From Candidatus Heimdallarchaeota archaeon (lineage in GTDB: Archaea > Asgardarchaeota > Heimdallarchaeia > Heimdallarchaeales > Heimdallarchaeaceae), in assembly GCA_021399345.1 (NCBI GenBank), contig JAAFKI010000150.1, positions 1-42,080 on the forward strand: a stretch of 42,080 nt of DNA. Reading direction: 5' to 3'. This document shows positions 9,805 through 19,065 of the stretch, one piece after another; the first letter of the stretch is position 1, and the number at the start of each line of letters is the position of its first letter. The translations under genes were made by a program, and so were the position numbers. Below the pieces are notes generated by a model. It made no database searches. It worked only from the letters and a program-made list of their open reading frames with translations, and was not told the DNA's origin.

Positions 9805-10716
9805 CTATTTGGTTGGTAGTATATTGTCTAAAATTATTTCTGCAGAGAATGATTCAAGATCCTCATAATTTTGTCCAACACCTAAGAAAATTATCGGTTT
9901 TTCGCTTATATGGATAACTGAAACTGCAGCTCCTCCTTTGACATCGGCATCAATTTTATTTAATATAGAAGCATCGATTCCAATTTTTTGGTTGAACAGC
10001 TTTACTTGAGAAATTAGGGCGTTACCTGTAAGGGCATCACCCACAAAGAATTTTAGATCTGGTTCTGAAACCTTACATATTTTTTGCAGTTCAGCCATTA
10101 GATTTGAATTAGTTTCCATTCTTCCTGCTGTGTCGATTAGAACAACATCTATTCCTTTTGAAGTCGCATGATTTATCGCATCATAAGCAACTGCAGCAGC
10201 GTCAGAACCGTAGTTTTGAGCAATTACCCTTATATTTAGATTATCCCCATGCTTCTGCAATTGCTGAATGCTTCCTGCTCTAAAGGTGTCTCCTGCAGCA
10301 AAGACGCTTGAATATCCATTATCCATTAGATATTTTCCAATTTTTGCAATAGAAAGCGTTTTTCCTACACCATTAACCCCAAAAAAAGCTACAACTAGTG
10401 GATTTTTTCTTTCTTTTGCAATTTTTACATGCTCAATGAGGTCTATAGATTGTGATGGAGTCAATATTTCTAATAATACTTCTCTTAAGGATGTCAATAC
10501 AATTGACCTAGCGTTAGAAAATCTTGTATACTCAATCTCTGACAATTTCTTTGCAAATCTTTTACAAATTTCATCGGTTGTTTTTACAGCAACTTCGTTT
10601 TTGATGAGAATATCCTTTAATTCTTTGTTTATTTTTGCAATTGATTTTGCAGAAAAATCGGTAATTGTAATCTTTTTGAAAGCTTTTGAAACGCTTTTTC
10701 GAAGTTGATCAAACAA
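9805..10716 (-). CDS. ftsY: Signal recognition particle receptor FtsY
   Basis: GVNGVGKT, GDTFRAGS, DTAGR, NKIDAD.KGG, GVGQ.YEDL; probable TTG start at 10716 (MFDQLR). Confidence 0.96.
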   Translation of the reverse strand: MFDQLRKSVSKAFKKITITDFSAKSIAKINKELKDILIKNEVAVKTTDEICKRFAKKLSEIEYTRFSNARSIVLTSLREVLLEILTPSQSIDLIEHVKIAKERKNPLVVAFFGVNGVGKTLSIAKIGKYLMDNGYSSVFAAGDTFRAGSIQQLQKHGDNLNIRVIAQNYGSDAAAVAYDAINHATSKGIDVVLIDTAGRMETNSNLMAELQKICKVSEPDLKFFVGDALTGNALISQVKLFNQKIGIDASILNKIDADVKGGAAVSVIHISEKPIIFLGVGQNYEDLESFSAEIILDNILPTK

Positions 10717-10735
10717 GAGAATCTCACTGTTCCTC

Positions 10736-11173
10736 TTACATGACAGATTTGACCACTCTATCAATCTCTCTCAAGCGTTCTATTACTTCATTGTAACTAG
10801 CTTTTATTTGAGTGAGTTGATTTTCAACATCTGTCTTCTTCTTTTTGATACCCTCAGTAGCATCTTGAAGTGGTTTTTCACTGTGAACTCCTGCCCCCAT
10901 TGTAACAATAACGTTCTCACCATTTTCAACGGTTGCATATATGAAATTACCCGCTCCTATGGGAACTAGAATTTTGTTATTTTCTTCTGCTTTGTCAAGA
11001 TCTCTCAATGTTTGTTCAGCACTATGAATTTCGTTATAATAACCATTCAAAATTTCTATTTGCTGGTTATATCTAGTTGCTTGTTGCTCCAATTGTTGAG
11101 CTGCCATTAGTAGATTATTTAGTTCCTCTTGAGAAACTTGTTGAGGGGAAGAATCTTTTGACAGTCTTTTCAC
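10736..11173 (-). CDS. pfdA: Prefoldin alpha subunit
   Basis: Coiled coil-beta hairpins (ILVPIGAG, VIVTMGAG)-coiled coil; conserved position before ftsY. Confidence 0.94.
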   Translation of the reverse strand: MKRLSKDSSPQQVSQEELNNLLMAAQQLEQQATRYNQQIEILNGYYNEIHSAEQTLRDLDKAEENNKILVPIGAGNFIYATVENGENVIVTMGAGVHSEKPLQDATEGIKKKKTDVENQLTQIKASYNEVIERLREIDRVVKSVM

Positions 11174-11439
11174 TTCCTTTTTGGAATGGCTAAATCATCT
11201 TCTGTAGCAAATGCTTTGATAACTGGATCTTTAATCCTATCAAGGTCGGTGATTTCTTTGATATCTTTAGGATCAATAAAAATCAAATTTCGTTTTACTT
11301 TATGTTTGCTTCCAAGAATATTATAGATTTGTTCCAAAGCATCTTCTTGATTTAATGCTCTAACGTATTTACCAAAAGGTATCTTATCTTTTCGTCTTTT
11401 ATATTCGCCACGGATATGGAATGTTTTAACAGAGCTCAT
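11170..11439 (-). CDS. rpl18a: 50S ribosomal protein L18Ae/LX (eL20)
   Basis: F.I.G, VRAL...DALEQIY..LGSKHKVKRNLI; operon context. Confidence 0.94.
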   Translation of the reverse strand: MSSVKTFHIRGEYKRRKDKIPFGKYVRALNQEDALEQIYNILGSKHKVKRNLIFIDPKDIKEITDLDRIKDPVIKAFATEDDLAIPKRK

Positions 11440-11509
11440 CTAGCGTTCACCTTATCTTAGTTATTTCCCGATTGCAAAAGGGTTTTTCAAGTTTTTGAAT
11501 CTAAAGTCT

Positions 11510-12184
11510 TTAAGGAGTTAATAAAACTTCAAAGATTCTCATACTTTCTGGACCTGTACTATCAGTACCAATTACTGCTCCTTTGGAATTAGCTATTATA
11601 CCAACTCTTGGATAAGGAATTCCTCTATTAATAGTGCAAACATCAGCTTTAACACGGAGAATGGAAGCAATTTCCTTGATTTCTTCCTCAGAAAGAAGAG
11701 GATGAACAAGTGCTCCTCGATTTGTAGACATTGCAATACTACCAACTAGTGGAGAACCTAGTAGATTCCCTACAGTTATCTCTATGTTCAATTCATCTTG
11801 AATCTGTTTTTGAGCATTCTTTTCAAGCATATCACTGACAATTGCTCCTTTATCGTTCATAACGATTAGATTTCCAAGGGCAGTATATTTGCTGTTTAGT
11901 TCTACAAGTTTAGTTTGATCAGAAAGGCTTTCTTCAAGTATTTTATATTCCTTTTCTTTAATGTTTTGAGGGACAAAAATAACCTTTGAATTACCTACAA
12001 TCATGGTTCCAACAAGAACTGAATTTGCAATTGTAGTTTGAATTACTTTTACACTCAACGTATCTGAAATCACTTTGAGAGAGGATTCTTTAACACTATA
12101 AGGAACAATGGAAAAATCTTCGGTAGACAATGCAAAAACACCTAATCCCGAGTTGCCTAAAATAGTGGTTTTTGCAATGTCCAA
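11510..12184 (-). CDS. eif6: Translation initiation factor 6 (aIF6)
   Basis: Pentein repeats, ALGNLI, LVGS, GALVHP, TINRG, TGPE. Confidence 0.96.
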   Translation of the reverse strand: MDIAKTTILGNSGLGVFALSTEDFSIVPYSVKESSLKVISDTLSVKVIQTTIANSVLVGTMIVGNSKVIFVPQNIKEKEYKILEESLSDQTKLVELNSKYTALGNLIVMNDKGAIVSDMLEKNAQKQIQDELNIEITVGNLLGSPLVGSIAMSTNRGALVHPLLSEEEIKEIASILRVKADVCTINRGIPYPRVGIIANSKGAVIGTDSTGPESMRIFEVLLTP

Positions 12185-12221
12185 AATTATCTACCTCAAA
12201 GAATGAAAATAAGGGATCAGT

Positions 12222-12662
12222 TTATTTAGACTGTTCCTCTTCTGAAGTTTCTTCAGGTTCAGAAGTTTCGACGGGGGCTATATCTACCTCTTCTCCGTCT
12301 TCTTTCTCCTCTTCCTCCTCTTCTTCATCTTCCAATTCTCCAGGAATTGCTATACCATCAAGTTGTGGGCGTGCTGCAGCATCCACCTTTTCATGAATTA
12401 ATTCAACTGTAGCTATTTTTTCCTCTTCAATTGTTTCAACTATTGCACGAACTTTAATTTTCCTTGGTGGTTTTTTAATTCCTCTTTTCCACATGAACTC
12501 ATTTAATTCCTCATCTATTATAACATCATCAGCTTTTGTGTGCTTGTAGATGTATTCTTTGAGGAGTCTAATAGCTCTTGGAGTCCTCTTATATGGTGCT
12601 GTTTTATTCAATTGAGGATAAAATGGAATGGTGTAAATGTTCTCTATAGATTCTTGAGACAT
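12222..12662 (-). CDS. rpl31e: 50S ribosomal protein L31e with acidic C-terminal extension
   Basis: IYTIP, KRTPRAI, LNEFMWKRGIKKPPRKIKVR followed by an E-rich tail. Confidence 0.96.
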   Translation of the reverse strand: MSQESIENIYTIPFYPQLNKTAPYKRTPRAIRLLKEYIYKHTKADDVIIDEELNEFMWKRGIKKPPRKIKVRAIVETIEEEKIATVELIHEKVDAAARPQLDGIAIPGELEDEEEEEEEKEDGEEVDIAPVETSEPEETSEEEQSK

Positions 12663-12676
12663 GATTCTTCTTCTCC

Positions 12677-12832
12677 TTATCTTTTAATACGGGTAGATCT
12701 CCATCTTCTACGTTTTGGATGGGTTCGAAAGCGTCTGTTAGTTCGTATAACACACCAACTTGGAACAGGTTTGTTAGATTTCATTTCTCTTGCATACCTG
12801 AGTTTTCTTGGTAGTTGTTTATTTCTTGCCAT
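12677..12832 (-). CDS. rpl39e: 50S ribosomal protein L39e (51 aa, below the ORF track cutoff)
   Basis: Manual translation [51 protein letters not shown]; TAATG overlap with the upstream stop. Confidence 0.96.
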   Translation of the reverse strand: MARNKQLPRKLRYAREMKSNKPVPSWCVIRTNRRFRTHPKRRRWRSTRIKR

Positions 12833-13167
12833 TATAATCGCCTTATATCGATTTTTGATTCTCTTTTTTGACCTTGAATTTGACGAAGAATTTCTTTTAG
12901 TTGATCGTCAGTTAATTTACCACTGATTGCTCCTTGTTGAGCTAATTGTATCAGTCTTACTTCAACAGCTTCTGCAAGTTGAGAACGAACAAGTTTAACG
13001 TTGGTAAGACGTTGTCTAGCTTCTTCAGTGAGAATTTGACGAAGGATTACTTGTTTTTGAGCTTCAAGAGTTGCTTGTTGTTCCTCTTGTGCTTGAGCTA
13101 CTTGTTGCTCTTGTAATTGCGCTCTTTTCCTTTGCCTTATTGTTTCCAATTCGTCTTCATCATGCAT
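12832..13167 (-). CDS. PDCD5-family DNA-binding protein
   Basis: [38 protein letters not shown]-terminal I.IRR. Confidence 0.94.
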   Translation of the reverse strand: MHDEDELETIRQRKRAQLQEQQVAQAQEEQQATLEAQKQVILRQILTEEARQRLTNVKLVRSQLAEAVEVRLIQLAQQGAISGKLTDDQLKEILRQIQGQKRESKIDIRRL

Positions 13168-13235
13168 TTCGTCGCACCCTTACTCGTTGAACTGTTCAAG
13201 GTTTAATTTCCGTAACTGAATTCTTCTCAATAATC

Positions 13236-13700
13236 TTAATATTTTTCTAAAGCAGGTATTTCTCTCTTCAATTCAGCTGATAATTTATCCACGAAAGAAT
13301 GACCTTTTGGAGTTAAAACACGTCCTACAATTACTCGTCCTTTGCTACCATGACCACTCTTCTTCTGGATATATTTTGCTTTTTCTAATTGCTGAAGTAT
13401 TTTTCTAATTACAGCTCCACTACCTCTAGCAAAGTGCTCAGGTTTTACACCCCTTCTATTGCGACCACCATAAGCTATTCGTAATCTTGATACACCTATT
13501 GGACCATAAAGGTAGATTTTTCTTAACATAGAGGCAGCTCTAATATACCACCAATCTTCTTGAACAGGAGAACTTTCTTTATGAACTCCAGTTTTGGCAT
13601 ATACAGCCCATTCTGGTGGTTTGATTTCTGCTTCCTTTTTCAATTCTTCAGTCATTTTTTTAATAAGTAAATCAGATGGAACATCATAAGCTGTTGGCAT
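13236..13700 (-). CDS. rps19e: 30S ribosomal protein S19e
   Basis: MPTAYDVP, PEWA.YAKTG.HKE, WWYIRAASMLRK, YGG, LQQLE. Confidence 0.97.
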   Translation of the reverse strand: MPTAYDVPSDLLIKKMTEELKKEAEIKPPEWAVYAKTGVHKESSPVQEDWWYIRAASMLRKIYLYGPIGVSRLRIAYGGRNRRGVKPEHFARGSGAVIRKILQQLEKAKYIQKKSGHGSKGRVIVGRVLTPKGHSFVDKLSAELKREIPALEKY

Positions 13701-13880
13701 AATTTTCACTCGTCTTCTTGATTTTTTAAAGAGAGAACTCTTATGTATTTTTCAGTCTCTGGGGAACAAACCACGTTTAAAAAGATTACTTTGCTAGTTA
13801 TATGGAAAGAATAAAATTATAAACATAAAAGGGAAATTAGGATAGATTTAAACAAGAAATCCAACAAAGGAAGTTATTGA

Positions 13881-14126
13881 ATGAGTACAGAAAAATCAGA
13901 GAAAACAAACGATTCGAAGAACTTTTTGGGAACCATAAACAATTTTCTGAAAAAAAGTTACCATCAATATCTTGGTTCCTTGGACAATTTGTTTATTTTT
14001 ATAGGTATTATTTTAACTGGTTTTAGTCTAATTATGAGTTTTATTTATGGTCACGTGATAGCGGGGATCATTCTTGTAGTGTGTGAAGTACTCTTGATAG
14101 GGGTCTATATCTTTAAACTTATATGA
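13881..14126 (+). CDS. Small membrane protein (2 predicted TM helices)
   Basis: 81-aa ORF with two hydrophobic segments in the C-terminal half; AAGGAAG upstream. Confidence 0.65.
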   Translation: MSTEKSEKTNDSKNFLGTINNFLKKSYHQYLGSLDNLFIFIGIILTGFSLIMSFIYGHVIAGIILVVCEVLLIGVYIFKLI

Positions 14127-14138
14127 AAAAAATTATTC

Positions 14139-14834
14139 TTAATCCGATGTAGAGAATCTTTCAATAATATGCTCACTAAGAATTTCAAACGATTTGTCTA
14201 TGTTCAATCCTGTTTTAGCTGAGGTTTCTAGAAGAAAATTTTCTATTGAATGCTCTTTTGTTTTCTTATTTAACTTTTTTACAAACGACTTTATTTCTTC
14301 AATCGTTACTTTTTGTTCTTCGACAAGATCCATTTTATTTGCAAGTATTATGACAGGAACAACTCCTCTACCACTAAATTGGTATAACTCCTCTATCCAA
14401 CTACCTAAGTTAAGAAATGTTTCTCTTCGGGTTATATCCAACACCGCTAGGGCTCCGAAACATCCTTTGAAAAACCTTGGTCTAACATTTTTGAACATGG
14501 GTTGTCCCGCTAAATCCCAGATTTGATATTTTATCTTATATTCATCTACATCTCTAGTGGTGGCAGCAAAATCAGCTCCAAGGGTAGCTAGATGCTCTTT
14601 CTGAAATCCCTCACCAAGATATCTTTTCCTTATAGATGTTTTACCAACAGCAGCATCACCAATTAAAACTAACTTGATCATATATGCACTCGTTGATTTA
14701 GGCTGAGGATCTTCTTCTGAAAAATATTCATCGTCTATGCTTTCCTTATGTTTTTTGATATTTTCTTCAAACATAATGGGGCCCTTATCTGATTTTTCAG
14801 CCTTGCTCTTGGGAGATTGCTTCTTATTAGCCAT
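14139..14834 (-). CDS. Rab-like Ras-superfamily small GTPase
   Basis: G1 GDAAVGKT, G2 ATLGADF, G3 WDLAGQ, G4 NKMD, G5 ETSAK. Confidence 0.95.
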   Translation of the reverse strand: MANKKQSPKSKAEKSDKGPIMFEENIKKHKESIDDEYFSEEDPQPKSTSAYMIKLVLIGDAAVGKTSIRKRYLGEGFQKEHLATLGADFAATTRDVDEYKIKYQIWDLAGQPMFKNVRPRFFKGCFGALAVLDITRRETFLNLGSWIEELYQFSGRGVVPVIILANKMDLVEEQKVTIEEIKSFVKKLNKKTKEHSIENFLLETSAKTGLNIDKSFEILSEHIIERFSTSD

Positions 14835-14924
14835 GCTATCCGTTTAATAATGAATTTTAACTATATAAAAATATGTGGTAGCATTTTGTGAAATACAGGA
14901 AAAAAATAATAGTATGTTCCAATT

Positions 14925-15671
14925 TCAAGTTCCTCTAGACATAATCTGATGAACAATTTGATAGTTTTTGGCTAATTTCCCGATTTCTTCTGCTTCACTA
15001 AGTGTAAGATGAAATGGTGTTCTCTTATCTTTATATGTCCCCTCAATTAGAGCATAATCTACGCCTCTTACATGTTCCTTTAGTTGATCAAAATAACCTG
15101 TATCTCCGGTGTAAAGGATTTTTTCTGCATTCTTGCTTATTATATATCCTACAGAGGGAATATTGGGGAGTTTTTCCCCACCTATTATTGATCCACGATG
15201 TTGAACAGCAAAAGCAGAGATGAGCGTATTCTCTAATTCAAATTCCCTTTCTATATTAATAATTTCCAGCTGATATGGAATTGATTCTCCATAACTATCA
15301 TAAAACGTTTTTACTAATCCTTCAAACTCAACAACATCTGAGGGTGCAATCAAAAGAAGTTTTTTACTTCTATTTATCATCCTGAAAAAAGCTAGAAGTG
15401 AAAATATGCCCCCCACATGATCAAAATGACCATGAGTGATTAGTATGGTATCAATGTTTTCGTAATATCTGCTAGGTAAAGAAACCAAATCGCGCAATAT
15501 TCCATCACCCACATCTATCAAAAAATTTGAATCTTTTTCAATGTCATTTACCAGTATTTGAGTTGCTAAACCTGCAGAAGAGAAGAGAACTTTGACTCGT
15601 AGATGGTTACCAATCCAATCCCATGAAACCTCTTTGGAAACGTCCATAGATAGAATAAAGAATGGTGGCAA
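14925..15671 (-). CDS. MBL-fold metallohydrolase (RNase Z-like); start uncertain
   Basis: LIDVGDG, THGHFDH, VQH, YTGDT, IEGT, FH, VH motifs. Confidence 0.85.
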   Translation of the reverse strand: MPPFFILSMDVSKEVSWDWIGNHLRVKVLFSSAGLATQILVNDIEKDSNFLIDVGDGILRDLVSLPSRYYENIDTILITHGHFDHVGGIFSLLAFFRMINRSKKLLLIAPSDVVEFEGLVKTFYDSYGESIPYQLEIINIEREFELENTLISAFAVQHRGSIIGGEKLPNIPSVGYIISKNAEKILYTGDTGYFDQLKEHVRGVDYALIEGTYKDKRTPFHLTLSEAEEIGKLAKNYQIVHQIMSRGT

Positions 15672-15689
15672 ATATTTCTTTCGTTTCTT

Positions 15690-16772
15690 TTGCCGATATA
15701 TTATTTACTTGAAAATGTAATAAGATACCTAATGATATCTCTGCGTAGATTCTTTACTCGTCCCTTGACAAAAATGTCAGATAGATGGAAATGTAAAAAG
15801 AAACTACATCTAGCAGCAAAATCAGCTTATCTTAGCTACAAGATAGGCAAAGAAGATCCTGAGAGATTGCTACAAATTGCGACTCTAGAAATGAAAGCAG
15901 AAAAGTATGATCTTACCATTAGATATCTCGAAGAATATCTAGAACTTAATCCTGGATCAAAAAAAGCTTTACTTCTTCTTGGAATTGCTTATAGGCGCAA
16001 TAAAGATTATGAAAAAGCTATCGAGACACACCTCAAGTGCTTAAAAAAAGGAGAGGAAGAATCAGACATACTTTATACCTTAGGCATTGATTATGAAAGG
16101 GCAGGAAAAATTAGAACAACTAAAAGATACTATGCAAAAAGTATAGAAATAGACAGCTCTTTTGCAAAAGCTTATTTTCGTCTGGCTAGGCTCTATATGC
16201 AAGATAAGAAATATGATTTAGCCGTTAATCTGTATTTGGATGGATTATCTCTAAGAGAAGGATCTGCTAAAGATTGGATTAACTTATCCTTTTGTTACAT
16301 AAATACATCAAATCTTGTTGCAGCAGAAAAAGTGTTATTAGAGGCTCTAGAAAACTTTCCAGACTCCTCTGAAGTGCTATTTGCACTTGGAGCTTATTAT
16401 ATTAGGAAACAAAAATATAACAAAATTCCAGAGATAATTTCGAAGCTAGATTCTGAAGAAGATTTGTATATAATTCTATCTCTGCAGTTGAAAGAAGTGC
16501 TAGATAAGAAAGAATACGAAGAACTGGAGAAGTTGTTAGAGCAAATTAAGAAAAAAGATAGAAATGCAGAGTATTGGTATATGGACGCGATAGTTTCTTC
16601 TAATAAAGGTAGATCAAAGAAAGCAGTTCAATCTTTACAAAAGGCATTAGAATTAGAACCTGAACTAAAAAAAGAAGCGAAGAAAGATGGCAATTTTGCA
16701 ATGATAAGGAAGTTAGAAGAGTTCAAAAACATAGTATATCCTAAGAAGAAGAAAGAGCAGAATTTAGAGTAA
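15690..16772 (+). CDS. Tetratricopeptide repeat protein; start uncertain
   Basis: Repeated TPR consensus (LLLLGIAY, ILYTLGIDY, AYFRLARLY, KALELEP) and terminal AKKDGNF..IR..EEF motif. Confidence 0.88.
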   Translation: MPIYYLLENVIRYLMISLRRFFTRPLTKMSDRWKCKKKLHLAAKSAYLSYKIGKEDPERLLQIATLEMKAEKYDLTIRYLEEYLELNPGSKKALLLLGIAYRRNKDYEKAIETHLKCLKKGEEESDILYTLGIDYERAGKIRTTKRYYAKSIEIDSSFAKAYFRLARLYMQDKKYDLAVNLYLDGLSLREGSAKDWINLSFCYINTSNLVAAEKVLLEALENFPDSSEVLFALGAYYIRKQKYNKIPEIISKLDSEEDLYIILSLQLKEVLDKKEYEELEKLLEQIKKKDRNAEYWYMDAIVSSNKGRSKKAVQSLQKALELEPELKKEAKKDGNFAMIRKLEEFKNIVYPKKKKEQNLE

Positions 16773-16953
16773 CTGTAAATTATTATTACCTCAAGAAAAG
16801 GAGAAGAGAAAGGAATATACAGAGCAAAAGCAGGAATAGTAAATTCAGCGGAAGAAGAAAAAAAAGCTCAAGCTAAAAGAAATTAACATCTAAAAGATAG
16901 AAAGCTTTTTGATTAAAGGAAGGAAGGAAAAAGATAGAAGAAAGAACAACTAA

Positions 16954-17027
16954 GCGGAGTTAGCAAAGCCGCAATGCGGGAGTCTGCAAAACTCTTGACC
17001 GGAGTTCAAATCTCCGACTCCGCTCCA
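16954..17027 (+). tRNA. tRNA-Cys(GCA)
   Basis: GCGGAGT/ACTCCGC acceptor stem, U73, CCA; anticodon arm GGAGT-CTGCAAA-ACTCT. Confidence 0.95.
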
Positions 17028-17163
17028 AACTCTATTTTAAGGCACTTCTTTCTTGAAATTTTATTCCAAGAAATTTTGTTTTATATATTCTTTAGGTATT
17101 ATAGCGATTTATATGTTTAAAGACGAGAAAAAGACAGACAATAGTTGATTAACACGTCTGAAA

Positions 17164-17460
17164 ATGGTGATACTGATGGTTTATGATGTAATTACTAAAA
17201 TCTGTCAAGAAGAAAAAATAGAACATGAGCCATTCTATAATTCTATCAAAATTAAGGGAGATACAATATTGCTATACAGAGAAAAACTAGTAAAAGATAC
17301 TAAATCCAAAAATTCTATTGCTTATGAACACTACATTGAGTGGAAGGAATCAAAAGATCAAGATAAGCAAGAAGAAATTGATGATGTTATAGAGAAGTTG
17401 AGAGAATATTTCAAAGAACGGTTGATAGTTTTCTATAGGAGCAGTGAAATTAGAGTATAA
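17164..17460 (+). CDS. Hypothetical protein
   Basis: 98-aa ORF with host-like charged composition; TTTATAT promoter-like sequence upstream. Confidence 0.6.
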   Translation: MVILMVYDVITKICQEEKIEHEPFYNSIKIKGDTILLYREKLVKDTKSKNSIAYEHYIEWKESKDQDKQEEIDDVIEKLREYFKERLIVFYRSSEIRV

Positions 17461-17584
17461 TTTCAATCTGAACACATACTTGCTCTCAATATTCCTTTTT
17501 TGTTATCTTATTTGGACCGATATCATGTTTACGCTTTCGAAACATATATCAACACTGCTTATTTTATTGTTGTAGGTAATTACA

Positions 17585-18475
17585 ATGACATTCATAGTTT
17601 TCATTGGAGGCCTATTTGAGTATAACTCGGGAAAAACTACTTTTGCAAAAGAAATTATCTCTTCTTTTGAGAACGATCTTTCGATGAAAACTGCACCTTT
17701 TAAGCCTTTAAGTGGAAACAACTTATTTTTTCACTATGAAGAAATAAAGGATAATGTAAAGAACCATGGCAATTTAGTTTCTTTAGATATTGTTGAATTA
17801 CTGGAACCTTCTTCTGCAGAAATTCCTACGATTTTGGCAAATCCTGTTCACAAACTTAATACTCAAGCGCTACCGTACAATTTCTATAAAGAGGGTTCAA
17901 TTAACACACTTTTTTCGCGTTACTCTAGTAGTGTTTCTTTAATGCAACGTTTTACAATTTATAAATCAGAATCTGAAATTGAATCTTGCTTCTTAGTGAA
18001 CGAACCAATCTATAAGAATCAGAAGTTTTGGAATGATCAAGCTCTTACAGATCCAATTCTAGAAGAAGCAAAAGAGATTAAATATTTCAAAAACGATCAA
18101 GAGTTCTACTCTTTGAACGATAAGTTTTATGCAGACGCTACTAAGACTTCTTTTGATTATGTGAAAGAACATTCAGATATCACTGTAGTTGAAAGCTTTA
18201 ACAATTCTGCTCACCCAGCATGGTGTATTCGGGAATCAAATGCTGTAATTATTGTAGGTCCTGGTTCTCTTTTCATCTATGAACCAGATGCATACTTCAG
18301 AACTATTGACAACTACCGTTCAATCAATCGTAATAAAGTCACCACAACAGATGACATTCTTAAGCTAGCAACACCAACTGAGGCCTTGCCATTCCCAGTT
18401 GATCTTGGTAAAAGAAAGAAAATAATTAGTGATTTGACTAATAAACTATCAGAAGAAATTCAGAAAAAGAAGTAA
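17585..18475 (+). CDS. Predicted archaeal P-loop ATPase/GTPase (COG4028-like)
   Basis: NSGKTTF Walker A, FKPLSGNN, NPVH, VVESFNN. Confidence 0.75.
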   Translation: MTFIVFIGGLFEYNSGKTTFAKEIISSFENDLSMKTAPFKPLSGNNLFFHYEEIKDNVKNHGNLVSLDIVELLEPSSAEIPTILANPVHKLNTQALPYNFYKEGSINTLFSRYSSSVSLMQRFTIYKSESEIESCFLVNEPIYKNQKFWNDQALTDPILEEAKEIKYFKNDQEFYSLNDKFYADATKTSFDYVKEHSDITVVESFNNSAHPAWCIRESNAVIIVGPGSLFIYEPDAYFRTIDNYRSINRNKVTTTDDILKLATPTEALPFPVDLGKRKKIISDLTNKLSEEIQKKK

Positions 18476-18552
18476 ATGATACTTGGTTTCCTCTTTTTTT
18501 TGTTGCCTTTTTATGTGTGAGTGCTATTTTATTAGTAGATCAGTGATAGACT

Positions 18553-18957
18553 TTGTCAATTTATAGTTCACAATATGGAATGGAATCAATCAATGCAGAA
18601 CTTATGGAATGTATCAATGAATTACGTTTTAGATCAATAGGGATAGTAGATGTAGCTGTAGTATCTCTAGAGGGACTTCCATTGGTATCTTTAGTTTTGG
18701 AGAGAGTAGAAGAAACTAGATTTGCTGCAATGACTGCAGCTATGCTTTCATTAGGAGAAAGAGTATCTACAGAACTTAACAAGGGTTTACTAAAGAAAAT
18801 TTTTGTAGAGGGAGATCATGGTTATATAGTTTCTATGCAAGCAGGTGAAAATGCGGTTCTAACAGTAAGTGCAACAACTGACACAAAGCTAGGCCTATTG
18901 TTCTTGGATATGGAACGTACTTCAGCAAAGATATCTAAAATTCTTACATATCGTTAA
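18553..18957 (+). CDS. Roadblock/LC7 domain protein
   Basis: AVVSLEGLPL, FAAMTAAMLSLGER, L.KG, VEGDHGY, KLGLLFLDM. Confidence 0.93.
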   Translation: MSIYSSQYGMESINAELMECINELRFRSIGIVDVAVVSLEGLPLVSLVLERVEETRFAAMTAAMLSLGERVSTELNKGLLKKIFVEGDHGYIVSMQAGENAVLTVSATTDTKLGLLFLDMERTSAKISKILTYR

Positions 18958-19065
18958 TTTCGAGAATAATTAATTGGCTTCAATTTGATGAACTGGCAAT
19001 TAGTTCAACTTTTATTAATTCACATGCAAAAACCATCCGAAAAAGAGAAAAAGGATTAATTAAAT

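Noticed and set aside
12540-12926. 128-aa plus-strand ORF
   Set aside because: Antisense to rpl31e, rpl39e and PDCD5; rpl39e explains the gap.
16790-16950. Strongly purine-rich tract before tRNA-Cys as a small gene or repeat
   Set aside because: The short open frames lack a start codon and there is no periodic repeat unit.
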